Positions 10,848-20,764 of a stretch of DNA of 64,000 bases are shown here, piece after piece; position 1 is the first letter of the stretch; every line of letters begins with the position of its first letter. A program made the translations under genes and the position numbers. The notes beneath the pieces are model-generated. The model was not told where the DNA came from, did not search any database, and worked only from the letters and a program-made list of their open reading frames with translations. This stretch comes from Calditrichia bacterium (GTDB taxonomy: Bacteria > Calditrichota > Calditrichia > JAJRVZ01), in the NCBI GenBank assembly GCA_963796965.1, contig CAWCNS010000011.1, forward strand, positions 32,001 through 96,000. The letters are read 5' to 3'.

Positions 10848-11666
10848 CTATAGACTAACAGGAATCGTATAAGAAACATTAAAACGATACGAATTCTTAA
10901 CTGCCGATCCTTCCCAGTTTTTATAAATTGCACTTGTTCTATACTCACCATAAACGTTTAAAGAAGATTTTTCAAATACCCATACTTTACCAAATCGCAA
11001 TCCAATTGGCAGATAAAATCCCTTGGTATTCCAATCATACAAGGCGACTAAATCAGCCGTTTGAACGTATATTCCGCTTGTACCAAAACGATAGTTTAAA
11101 AATGGGGCAATTCCTAAGGGGTTCGTATCCGATTGTCCGGCTGGTAAAGCACTAGGATCTATTGAACGCCACGACTGCGTAAACAATAAACCATAAAACC
11201 ATTGCCCCGTATTGTTTACAATGGCTGCAGCAAATCCATAACCCCACTCATCTTTTGCAACATCACTATTACCGGGCGCGGTCACCAAAGGCCCGATTCC
11301 CGCCCTACCAGTACCCCAATCGGTGGATTTTGGAATAATAAGGGCGAAAAGTTCGGTATTTCCAAATCCAGACTGACCTGCGGCATTTTCGTAATGACGA
11401 AAAGTTAAACGAGGTAGAATTGTCATACTTTTTAGGGGCAACGGAGCTACAATACGCAACTGAAGATAGTTATCAAGACCTGCAGGACGGGGACTACCGT
11501 TAACAATGTCGTCATAATAATCAGGCATCCACTGATAGGCTCCCTGAAAGCTCCATTGAGAAGCCGTGGCATCCATGGCCATGGACTCCCGGCTTTGTTC
11601 CTGCGCCCAGGCTGAAAAGATCAAAGAAAAAAGAAAAAAGAAAAAAAGAATACGCGTAATCATCAT
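10848..11666 (-). CDS. Secreted/outer-membrane beta-barrel protein of the kind found near sulfatases
   Basis: Signal peptide; SGFGNTELF, GIGPLVTAP, APFLNY, LPIGLRFGKV amphipathic strands. Confidence 0.65.
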   Translation of the reverse strand: MMITRILFFFFLFSLIFSAWAQEQSRESMAMDATASQWSFQGAYQWMPDYYDDIVNGSPRPAGLDNYLQLRIVAPLPLKSMTILPRLTFRHYENAAGQSGFGNTELFALIIPKSTDWGTGRAGIGPLVTAPGNSDVAKDEWGYGFAAAIVNNTGQWFYGLLFTQSWRSIDPSALPAGQSDTNPLGIAPFLNYRFGTSGIYVQTADLVALYDWNTKGFYLPIGLRFGKVWVFEKSSLNVYGEYRTSAIYKNWEGSAVKNSYRFNVSYTIPVSL

Positions 11667-11874
11667 AAACCTCTCTCTAGTTATTGATGAACAAATTAAA
11701 TTATATTTAAATTAAAACGATTAGGCCACCCTGAACTTGCCTGTCCTGTCCAAAGGACTCCTTTGGAGAACCCATTTCAGGATTTCAGGGTCTTAGTTAC
11801 GTAGATACTGAATCCCGAAATATATTCGGGATGACATAAACAGAAATTTATTTGCGGTTAACGATTAATTGCCA

Positions 11875-12177
11875 TTAACGTAAAATATTTTCGATTTTTG
11901 ATGTTGTAATTACCTGAGCTTCGGTAACCTTTCCCAAAAAGTCCATCGCCCCCATCAAGGCCTTATAAGAATCTGAACCCATATAAGCAGTCATTTCTTC
12001 CCGCAAATCCCATTCCTCCATATAAAAATAGGTCAGGGGATCATCATAAGCCTGGTACATGCGACGGGAAACACCAATTTTTTGTTTCAATTTCGCATCT
12101 ATGATATAATGAATCGCCTGATCAAATTCATTTTTTTTCTCAGGTGCTACTGTAGTTCTGATTTTTAGAATTATCAT
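11875..12177 (-). CDS. Antibiotic-biosynthesis-monooxygenase (ABM)-like protein
   Basis: 100 aa; EKKNEFDQ, YMEEW, SDSYKALMGAM typical of ABM proteins next to sigma54 regulators. Confidence 0.7.
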   Translation of the reverse strand: MIILKIRTTVAPEKKNEFDQAIHYIIDAKLKQKIGVSRRMYQAYDDPLTYFYMEEWDLREEMTAYMGSDSYKALMGAMDFLGKVTEAQVITTSKIENILR

Positions 12178-12227
12178 AAGTTTTTGGCTGATTAGTGATT
12201 TTCAATAGAAGATATACTATCATAGGA

Positions 12228-12244
12228 AACAACTATTATGCCAA
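12228..12244 (-). promoter_or_regulatory. Putative sigma54 -24/-12 promoter
   Basis: Minus strand TTGGCAT-AATAG-TTGTT versus consensus TGGCAC-N5-TTGC, about 50 bp upstream of the ABM start. Confidence 0.65.
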
Positions 12245-12341
12245 TTAAATAATCAAGCCCGGTTAGGGGTTGAAATGGTATTGTTAAGAGGCTATGAAGG
12301 GATATTTGTTAAAGTGGTGTGGCGTTTCTTTTAAACAAATT

Positions 12342-12377
12342 ATCACCGTATATGGTTTTATCACCATATACGGTGAT
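12342..12377. promoter_or_regulatory. Putative enhancer (UAS): two tandem near-palindromic 18-bp sites
   Basis: ATCACCGTATATGGTTTT followed by ATCACCATATACGGTGAT, about 100 bp upstream of the sigma54 site. Confidence 0.6.
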
Positions 12378-12403
12378 TTATAAGAGACTGGATGCTATGT
12401 GAT

Positions 12404-12434
12404 TCTCCCCCCTATCAAGGGGGATTAAGGGGGT
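12404..12434. repeat. CCCCC-GGGGG REP-like palindrome (reverse orientation)
   Basis: tctcccccctatcaagggggattaaggggg; family also at 8153-9838 (split by the IS) and 60701-60730. Confidence 0.7.
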
Positions 12435-12628
12435 TTACGATTGGATATTGGGTATTAGATTCTCAATAGTGGATGATTTCCACCGTATCAGGGATCCTGT
12501 CGTCCCACCCGGGCGGGAGAGCGAATGTGGGGAGTTTGATGGCAGGTTATACAGAATAGGAATTGGGAAATTGGAAATTGATTTGTAATTTGGATTTGGA
12601 CATTGGGAATTTGAAACTGTCTATTTTT

Positions 12629-14771
12629 CTACTTCTTCTCTATACCCAATTTTTGCATCCTGTTTCTCAGGGTATTCGGATGCAAATCCAGTATTTTTGC
12701 CGCGCCCTGCTCGCCATTGATACGCCAATGACAATCATTCAGGATTCTTAAAATATAGCGCCTTTCCCACTCATCCAAACTTACAAATTCTTCATTATCA
12801 GATGTTATGTTCTGGTTGGTGGAAAGTTGAGTCGGGAAATCAACCAATTCCAGTTTTCCGCCTTTTGAACCGATCACGGCACTTTCAATGACATTTCTTA
12901 ATTCTCTTATATTTCCCGGCCAGGGATTATCAAGCAATTTATCCAGGGCATGTTTTGGTATCTTTTCAATTCGCCTACCAAGTTTCCGGCTAAATTTTTC
13001 AACAAACGATTCTAGTAGAAGAGGGATATCCTCTTTCCTTTTTCGTAGTGGGGGTATAGAAATGGGGTAGGCTGAAATGCGGTAATACAGATCCTCTCTG
13101 AATCTTCCGGACGCTACTTCATCCTTTAAAACGCGGTTTGTTGCGGTAATTACCCGGACATCAACGGTTATAGTTTCCTCACTCCCCAATCTCTCAAACT
13201 GGCCATCTTCCAAGACACGCAGTAGTTTAGGCTGTAATTCAAGAGGTAATTCACCGATCTCATCAAGAAATAAGGTACCGCTATTGGCAATTTCGAAACG
13301 GCCCTTTACGCTGTTTATGAGCACCGGTAAAGGCTCCTTTTTCATGTCCAAACAACTCACTCTCAATCAGATTTGCTGGTATAGCAGTACAATTTACTTT
13401 GACCAAGGGCCGGTTTTTCCGATCACTGGTATGATGCACAGCCCGGGCAAACAACTCCTTCCCCACACCGGTTTCCCCTTCAATCAAGACAATTGTATCC
13501 GTTAAGGCGACCTGTTCCACCCGTGTCAAAGCATACTTTAGGGCATCACTTTTTCCGATGATATCACGATGATTTTGATCAAGAATGATCTCTTCCTGCA
13601 AATAAATATTTTCATCGCGCAGCTGGTCTTTTAATTTTTCAATTTCTTCAAATGCTCTTGTTCTATCCGTCTCATCATTTCCTATAGCCAATGTTCCAAT
13701 GATACCATCTTCAGAATTCTGCAATTGGACATTTGACCAGGAGATTATGAGTTCTCTACCATCTTTTATTACCATGGCATTCTGATAATGAGGATGTAAC
13801 CCTTCTTCAAGGATTTCTTCAAATGTTTTTTTAATCGTATCTCTTACATTTTTTGGCAAGAATTGATCAAACCAGTATTTCCCTATTACCTCTTTTTTCT
13901 GATAACCAGAAAGTTTCAGAAAAAATGGGTTAACATAATTAACTTTCCCGGAACGATCTAAGCCAACGACTAGTAATTGAATGTTTTCTAATAATGTTCG
14001 CCAGCGTCGTTCATTCGCGATAACCTCTTTTGATAGATTGGCAGAGCGAATGACATCAAAACTTATCTCGAATCCTGCCGCCAACACAATGAACAAATAG
14101 GCAAATGCAATCAAATAAGGTGAAGAAATGTATCCAATATCCACTAAAGGCGTATGGATTCCGGCTGCTACGGTAAACAGTAAAATACTTCCACCAATCA
14201 GAATGGTACGTCTGCGCTCTCCAAGGCGCCACAATTTAATTGAAGCATCGACGACGAAGATCAAAAACAACAGACTCATTAAATCGGCCACATATGAGCC
14301 CGGATGGCGCTCTCCGACAAAACGATAAATGCTTTCTCCCCAGCGTAAATCGAATTTAATCAGGTCTACATAAGATGTATAAATCAGGCTATAGGGTGAT
14401 ATAAAATTTAGAAAAAGCAGAATACCCCAGATAGTTGTTATTACTATCCCCAACCAGCGCCGTGCTGTCTTGAAATGATAAATAATAAACCACACTAATC
14501 CTATAAAGATGAGGGAGACGCCCAATGTTGAAATCTTTAGAAGAAAAATGTGCTCTTCGATATCAGAGGCAAAATTCAATTGCAGATCAAAGATAGCATA
14601 GAATCCTGCGCCGAATGCAGCAAGTGAAAAAAATAGATTTGCCCGGATCTCCCTTTTCTGAATCCAGAGTGTGAGAGTGAATACTGAGATGGCAAAACAT
14701 ATGGCCGCGGCCATGGACCAGGCAACTGTCAGAATACTGATGGTTAACTCCCTATAAACACTGTCAATCAA
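12629..14771 (-). CDS. Membrane-anchored PAS + sigma54-interacting AAA+ Fis-type regulator (frameshift near 13300)
   Basis: About 7 TM segments, PAS domain, GETGVGKE, ESELFGHEKGAFTGA, GTLFLDEIGEL, FREDLYYR, WPGNIREL, C-terminal HTH. Confidence 0.92.
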
Positions 14772-14861
14772 TGAAGAGAATAAAACAGATGATTAAGGTA
14801 AAAAAAAAATATAATCGGGGCAAGGAAAAATGGTCGGATCGAGGGGTGGGATAGTTCTCAT

Positions 14862-15033
14862 GACCTCACCCCCGGCCCCTCTCCTAAAAGGAAAGGGGAG
14901 ATGTGATAGATCATCCTGCAGCTAGGTTTATAATCGCACTCGTAGGCAGATTTACATGTTGGCAGACATATTTTACTATTGGCTTGATGTACTTCCCCTC
15001 TCCTCTCAGGAGAGGGGATTGAGGGGTGAGGTC
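14862..15033. repeat. REPIN-like unit copy 1 (~170 bp, inverted CCCCTCTCC hairpin ends)
   Basis: GACCTCACCCCCGGCCCCTCTCCT...AGGAGAGGGGATTGAGGGGTGAGGTC around a shared ~95-bp core. Confidence 0.9.
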
Positions 15034-15206
15034 CAAATTAATGTAAAATCTATGAACTCTCCTCTCGGTCAGAATTGATTCGAACTATGGGTACACCTTC
15101 AGTTATTTCCTGGAAAGAAAGACAGAATATATTTTCACAATTTTTACCAATCCACTATTACTTTCCCTAGTGAGAACAGAAATCTTTTCCTACAAGAATA
15201 TTCTGG

Positions 15207-15378
15207 GACCTCACCCCCGGCCCCTCTCCTAAAAGGAGAGGGGAGATGTGATAGATCATCCTGCAGCTAGGTTTATAATCGCACTCGTAGGCAGATTTAC
15301 ATGTTGGCAGACATATTTTACTATTAGCTTGGTCTACTTCCCCTCTCCTCTCAGGAGAGGGGATTGAGGGGTGAGGCC
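15207..15378. repeat. REPIN-like unit copy 2
   Basis: Nearly identical to 14862-15033. Confidence 0.9.
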
Positions 15379-15487
15379 CAGTAAATCAGAAGAAACCTTT
15401 ATGCTCTACAATTTTAGGACCAATTTTTGCACTCAAATCCAATTATTCGTTAAATATTAATGAGAATTTTTAATATCTATTCAAACT

Positions 15488-15874
15488 ATGTTCAAAACCC
15501 ATAATATGATATTAGAACATGCAGCCAGGGATCTATGTAGGCGATTGAGAAAAACACAAACACGGGCAGAAACAATATTCTGGCAACACATAAGGAATCG
15601 GAGGTTTAGAGGATTAAAGTTCTACCGCCAATGTCCGATTTTTTATGAACTAAACTTTCATGAATCATTCTTCATTGCTGATTTTTTGTGTTTTGAAAAA
15701 AAATTGGTAATAGAAATCGATGGTAAAATACATGAGGTCCAATCTAGACAGGATGCTGAGAGATCAAGAATACTGAATGATTTAGGATTGAGAGTGATAA
15801 GAGTAAAAAACGAGGACATTGAAAAGGATGTGAAAATGGTCTTAAAGAAGCTGGCAAAGTATCTTGAAGAATAA
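15488..15874 (+). CDS. DUF559 endonuclease-domain protein (Vsr-like PD-(D/E)xK fold)
   Basis: LRKTQTRAE..FW, GLKFYRQ.PI, FIADF.C.EKKLVIEIDG..H, D.ER, GLRVIR. Confidence 0.92.
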   Translation: MFKTHNMILEHAARDLCRRLRKTQTRAETIFWQHIRNRRFRGLKFYRQCPIFYELNFHESFFIADFLCFEKKLVIEIDGKIHEVQSRQDAERSRILNDLGLRVIRVKNEDIEKDVKMVLKKLAKYLEE

Positions 15875-15916
15875 TTGAAGTAATTTATGCTGTGAGTGTA
15901 CTCCATATTATCTCAG

Positions 15917-16085
15917 GACCTCACCCCCGGCCCCTCTCCTGAAAGGCGAGGGGAGATGTGATAGATCCTGCAGCTTGGTTTGTAATCGCGCTCTTAGGCG
16001 GATTTACAAGTTGGAGGACATATTTTACTATTGGCTTGATGTACTTCCCCTCTCCTCTCAGGAGAGGGGATTGAGGGGTGAGGTC
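15917..16085. repeat. REPIN-like unit copy 3 (more diverged); extra half-repeat at about 16144-16163
   Basis: Same ends and core with about 10 substitutions and a 3-bp deletion. Confidence 0.88.
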
Positions 16086-16166
16086 CCTTGTAACGTAAAA
16101 AATACAAGATTCCACTCCTTCCCTTCCCATCCATCGTGGGTACGATTGAGGGGTGAGGTCCTGAAT

Positions 16167-17345
16167 TCACCCAATCAACATATTAGCCACTTCAACTCCA
16201 AAACGGCTTGCTAGTAAAGTTAATATTCCGGAAATAAAAAAACTCAAAACAACAACAATTGAAATTTCAGCTGCCAAAATGGATCGTATGCGCTGTTTTG
16301 AGCCGCCAATTTTACGGATGGTTAATATTTCTCTCCGTCTTAGACGAATTGATAGGACAAAGACTAAAATGGCTGTCGCAATTGTAGCAATCCCAACACC
16401 GATCGTGGCAATTAATATATAATTTCGAACGGAGGCTACGGTTTTTAATAATTCATTTATTACGTGCAAGGGCACAAGAATCTGGACGGCATCGTCCCTT
16501 TCTTCATATCGACCGCGTAATATAATTTCTGATTTGCGGTCATGGGGCAGGACAATGATACCATCCAACGGAAACGCGTCCGTATTACCATGAAAATGAA
16601 AGGAATCAATGTTCTTATCTGTTATTTCTGTGTAGGACAGGACTGAAGCGTTGGCAACCACTTTCCCTTCCTCTCTTTTAAGCACACCACTTTCAGACTC
16701 GGGTTTTGTCATATCCATATGCCCATGGGCTAACCCGGCAATCACCCATGAGGTTTTAATATCCACAAAAATAGCCTGATCCTCAATTTCATCGGTAGGC
16801 TGAAGAATACCAACTATTTTCATCTTCAGGGGATAGGAGCCAGCCACATCGAAAGCACCAGCTGGGGTAGACAAAATGAATTCACCTGTTTTTAACCCAA
16901 GAGATTTGGCGACTGAGGACCCGAGTACACATTCGCCCATCAGACTAAAGAGCCGTCCTTCCTGTAAAGATAATTTGCGGTACTCTAAGTAATCCAGGTT
17001 TGTTCCCAGAATACAAAATCCGGCAGCCTGGTACTGCAAATTAATGGGTATACCCAATGCCAACCCACTTTCATTAACAACAGATAATTCACGATAATTT
17101 AGCTGATCAAGAACAGGTTGTTTGAAATACAGCGTTGTCAGAGTGAGATCCACCTCACTGCCCTTGGCTCCTACTAATAAGGGTGTAGATGCTGCCCGCT
17201 CGGTTAGCATATCTGATCCCTGATCAATCACAATTTGCAAACCCAGGGGAAGAAAAATGATGATACTGATCGAAGCGATCAGCACCGTCGTCTTGATCCA
17301 ATTGTGTTGAATATATTTCCAGGCAAGATAGAGGGTGTCGGTCAT
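16167..17345 (-). CDS. ABC transporter permease (MacB/FtsX family)
   Basis: N-terminal TM, periplasmic MacB-like domain (LLVGAKGS, GECVLGS), RRREILTIRKIGGS. Confidence 0.85.
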   Translation of the reverse strand: MTDTLYLAWKYIQHNWIKTTVLIASISIIIFLPLGLQIVIDQGSDMLTERAASTPLLVGAKGSEVDLTLTTLYFKQPVLDQLNYRELSVVNESGLALGIPINLQYQAAGFCILGTNLDYLEYRKLSLQEGRLFSLMGECVLGSSVAKSLGLKTGEFILSTPAGAFDVAGSYPLKMKIVGILQPTDEIEDQAIFVDIKTSWVIAGLAHGHMDMTKPESESGVLKREEGKVVANASVLSYTEITDKNIDSFHFHGNTDAFPLDGIIVLPHDRKSEIILRGRYEERDDAVQILVPLHVINELLKTVASVRNYILIATIGVGIATIATAILVFVLSIRLRRREILTIRKIGGSKQRIRSILAAEISIVVVLSFFISGILTLLASRFGVEVANMLIG

Positions 17346-17379
17346 CTATGGTTCACCTTTGAATTATCATTGTACGACA

Positions 17380-17415
17380 CATGATGCGGGATGCGGGATA
17401 CGTGATCCTGATCGT
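17380..17415. repeat. Heptamer array GATGCGG/GATACGT downstream of four-helix bundle gene 2
   Basis: gatgcgggatgcgggatacgtgatcctgatcg. Confidence 0.7.
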
Positions 17416-17428
17416 AAAACATATATGT

Positions 17429-17833
17429 TTAATTAGATTCATAATCTTCCATTGGTTCTTTTATTGACTGATGGCAAGTTTTTACAGATTGGATAAAACG
17501 GTTTAATTTTCCGCCAAGATTATTTAGGTTTGCACAGAGATCTCGATACAATTTTTCGTCCTTTAACGATCCCGTTTCATAGAGAATGTCAAGATGATCA
17601 ATTGTCTCGTCACAAGATGAATGAGCATAGACAAGAAATTTTATAAATTCGTTCTTATAATAACGTCTCCCATACCCCTCAACAATGTTTGATCGTATTG
17701 ATTTTGCAGATCTCCTTATTTGTGCACCTTCTTCATACATCTCAAATTTTGGTAATTTTTCTATGCTCATCTTATGAATATCCGTGCTAACAGTTTTCGC
17801 AATCTGCCAAATTTCAAGTTTCTTGTAACTCAT
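17429..17833 (-). CDS. Four helix bundle protein (23S rRNA-IVP family), inside the ABC operon
   Basis: Likely start [10 protein letters not shown] at 17833; [39 protein letters not shown]. Confidence 0.92.
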   Translation of the reverse strand: MSYKKLEIWQIAKTVSTDIHKMSIEKLPKFEMYEEGAQIRRSAKSIRSNIVEGYGRRYYKNEFIKFLVYAHSSCDETIDHLDILYETGSLKDEKLYRDLCANLNNLGGKLNRFIQSVKTCHQSIKEPMEDYESN

Positions 17834-17912
17834 AAAATATTTCTCCCCTTTCTGAAGCAAAATAGGACAAATATCATGCCAAATAGAGTAACACTTCCCT
17901 AAACCCAAATCA

Positions 17913-18602
17913 TTATCTCATATCCCGCATCTCGTATCTTGTATCTTGTATCCAACATCCCGTCACATCCACCACCCTATCAAACCTCTTGATCAAATCA
18001 TGATCATGTGTTACAATAACAATGGGCACCTTGTTAGTATCGGAGTACTTAAAAAGAATATCCATGATATGATCACGATTTTTAGGATCTAAATTTCCAG
18101 TTGGTTCGTCTCCCATGATAACGGAGGGTTCTGTTACCAGAGCCCTGCACACAGCCACCCGTTGACGCTCACCTTGAGATAAATGGTCTGGCTTGCGATT
18201 AACTTTGTCCGCCAATCCCACATCTCCGGCCAGTCGCTTTGCCCGGCTTATTGTATCGTCCGTTATCTCCATTACAGATGTTATTCGATAAGGAAGCAAG
18301 ATATTATCAAGGACCGTCAGATAATCAAGTAATTCAAATTCCTGAAAGACTAAACCAACACGCACAATCCGGAAATCCTGCAAATCCTCTCTACTGTAAT
18401 CGGTCAACTTAATATTCCCGATCTGAATTTCACCGCTTTGTGGTTTAAATATGCCAGAAAGAAGGTTCAAAAGGGTGGTCTTTCCCGTTCCACTTGGACC
18501 GATAATAGCAATTTTCTCGCCCTCTTTAATCTTTAGGGTTGAAATTGATATATCGAAGGAATTATCAGGATAAGAAAAATTCAATTTGTCTATATTGATC
18601 AT
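17913..18602 (-). CDS. ABC transporter ATP-binding protein (LolD/MacB-like)
   Basis: [30 protein letters not shown]. Confidence 0.93.
   Translation of the reverse strand: MINIDKLNFSYPDNSFDISISTLKIKEGEKIAIIGPSGTGKTTLLNLLSGIFKPQSGEIQIGNIKLTDYSREDLQDFRIVRVGLVFQEFELLDYLTVLDNILLPYRITSVMEITDDTISRAKRLAGDVGLADKVNRKPDHLSQGERQRVAVCRALVTEPSVIMGDEPTGNLDPKNRDHIMDILFKYSDTNKVPIVIVTHDHDLIKRFDRVVDVTGCWIQDTRYEMRDMR
17915..17970. repeat. Heptamer array TCCCGCA/TCTCGTA/TCTTGTA, inverted relative to 17380-17415
   Basis: tctcatatcccgcatctcgtatcttgtatcttgtatccaacatcccg; overlaps the ATPase C-terminus ([15 protein letters not shown]). Confidence 0.75.
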
Positions 18603-20764
18603 CCGCTGCTCCAGGGAATCACTTCCCGATCTTCGCTCTTCAATTCAATAGTTGATATCTTCCAATTCTCATCCTCAATCTTTATTTTAAGGATTCCCGT
18701 ATAGATATTTTGTCGGTGATGAATATGTTGCAAATGGCGAACACGGGCAATAACAGCCCACTTTCCTTCATATGTATAGCCATCAATGGCATTAGTACCA
18801 TCAATTTTATCACCGACAGAAAGTACTTTTACATCACGAACCGTCACTTCACCCCCCTGTCTTACACCAGCTGTCAAACGTCGCCGACTATCTATATAAA
18901 TATCGGTCACTAAATCGCCGCTTATATTTTGGGCGAGACGCTTATAAAGTTCCTCCTCATCGTCTATATTAAAGGCAAAATAAGTATTTGATAATACCTG
19001 TTGTATAACGCGTTTTGCTTCGGCTGCTTCCGGGGCGTGGGCCTTAAAAAACGGATTTTTAAATGTAAGGGTGCCATATGGAATTATGAAGAATACCAAC
19101 ATCAATAAAATCCAATGTATTAGGGATTTATTAGGATTCAAATTCATATCTTTATGGATTTTTTTTTGTTTTGGCCAATAGGTATAGATGATTAACAATA
19201 CCACTAGTGATAAAACCGGAATTTGGATTAATCCCATGGAAAACTGCATGGCAACATCCTGACGAAGCCAGGTTTGATATTCCATGATACGCCATACCAG
19301 AATCAGGAAAATCACTCCTATACCGATTAATCTTGGACTTAAGATCGATCTATTGATCCGCTTTTGTTTATAAATAGCAATACTTATATAAATGATGAAT
19401 AAACTAAGTACAGTTATACTGACCGTATTTGCCAGAGGTAAGGTTAAATTTTCTTGTATATAGGTGCCATTAATCCAACCGAATAGAATTGCTGCTATCA
19501 TGGTTACAAGTAAATTCAAGAGATTTGGTAACTCTCTATAAGAGAATAATTGCATGGCAATCAATAGCAAGGAAATTGAAAATAAAAGTGATCCCAGAGG
19601 CAAGGCGATACTATAATAGCCACCGATAGAGCCAATAACCAGAAGACTGCCTAAAATTATGATAAAGTTTACCTGATGATTATATTTCTTATACCAAATC
19701 CACACGCCAAAAATAATTGGCAATGATAAGATTCCCGGAATTAAATCTGGAATAACATCCGGCAATAATAGGATACCAGTCAAATTATAGAGCAGGAAAC
19801 CGGTGGCAAGAACACCAGCAATATAACCAAGCATCATTTCGACCGGCCTGTCAATCTTATCCGAAATAAAAAGTTGGAAAACCTGCCTAAACTCAAAGAG
19901 GAAAAAGTATGCGATTACCAGGCCAACACCAACGCCCAGACTAATACCCACTAGTGATAATAATTGTTCAAAATTAGAGAATCCATCCACAACCAGAGAG
20001 ATGGATTTAAATCCACCATAAAGAATACCCAAAAAAGCTGCAAATCCCCATATATAATTAAATGAATCTGATGATGCACTACCGGATCGGGCCAGGGGAA
20101 ACGTATAAACCAAAACAAAAACCAGGACAATGATATTAATCAGATCTGGTGAGAGGATAAAAAAGTTTTGGTGAGTAAGGATCTGCCCTATCAGATGCAT
20201 AAAAATATAAGTCAAACCAGCCGTGCAGAGGTTAATTCCTGACAAACTGTGGGCAACGAGAAGAAGAAATAAAATGAAAATTATTGGTTGCCTTAACAAA
20301 TGCTGCAATCCTTTAAATCCAGATAGCAGCCAAATATCGACAAATGTAGGAGGCTCAGGTATATCATACCTTGCTTTTCCCGGTTTAAGGGTCGTGGTAT
20401 ATTTTCGTCCCTCAAGAGTCTCGATACTAAGCATCACTTCAATCAAAGTACCTGTAAGGCCTTCGATGATAATTGCTTTACCAAAAAGATGCTCAGGTTG
20501 GCATTTTATTCTCCAAGACTCTCGAGAAGAAGTATAATCTGTAGAAATAGTCTTTTCGTTAAGATTGGTACAAACGGTTGGCAGAACCGCATCAGATTTG
20601 AGGCGTTGACCATTAATCAGGGGAAGTATAAAATTGACTTCGAATTCAGTCGGGGATACCTCTCTCAGTTCCAACCGGGCGGGGAATATCACATCTGCTG
20701 TCAGGGAGTTGAAAGAAATAAATATCAATGTTATAAGAATAAACACCCGGGGCAGATATATCAT
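18599..20764 (-). CDS. HupE/UreJ-like polytopic membrane protein with soluble C-terminal domain
   Basis: PARLELRE N-terminal domain, many TM helices, C-terminal V.HLQHIHHR.NIY; follows a PpiC gene. Confidence 0.6.
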   Translation of the reverse strand: MIYLPRVFILITLIFISFNSLTADVIFPARLELREVSPTEFEVNFILPLINGQRLKSDAVLPTVCTNLNEKTISTDYTSSRESWRIKCQPEHLFGKAIIIEGLTGTLIEVMLSIETLEGRKYTTTLKPGKARYDIPEPPTFVDIWLLSGFKGLQHLLRQPIIFILFLLLVAHSLSGINLCTAGLTYIFMHLIGQILTHQNFFILSPDLINIIVLVFVLVYTFPLARSGSASSDSFNYIWGFAAFLGILYGGFKSISLVVDGFSNFEQLLSLVGISLGVGVGLVIAYFFLFEFRQVFQLFISDKIDRPVEMMLGYIAGVLATGFLLYNLTGILLLPDVIPDLIPGILSLPIIFGVWIWYKKYNHQVNFIIILGSLLVIGSIGGYYSIALPLGSLLFSISLLLIAMQLFSYRELPNLLNLLVTMIAAILFGWINGTYIQENLTLPLANTVSITVLSLFIIYISIAIYKQKRINRSILSPRLIGIGVIFLILVWRIMEYQTWLRQDVAMQFSMGLIQIPVLSLVVLLIIYTYWPKQKKIHKDMNLNPNKSLIHWILLMLVFFIIPYGTLTFKNPFFKAHAPEAAEAKRVIQQVLSNTYFAFNIDDEEELYKRLAQNISGDLVTDIYIDSRRRLTAGVRQGGEVTVRDVKVLSVGDKIDGTNAIDGYTYEGKWAVIARVRHLQHIHHRQNIYTGILKIKIEDENWKISTIELKSEDREVIPWSSG

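Noticed and set aside
14862..16085. CRISPR array, or DGR template/variable repeat (many copy-3 differences fall at adenines)
   Set aside because: Units are ~170 bp and no cas genes are present; several differences are at non-A bases, no copy lies in a target gene, and no reverse transcriptase is in the window
17834..17908. N-terminal extension of four-helix ORF 17429-17908
   Set aside because: Family start [10 protein letters not shown] at 17833 has a GGGGAG RBS; the extension is not family-like
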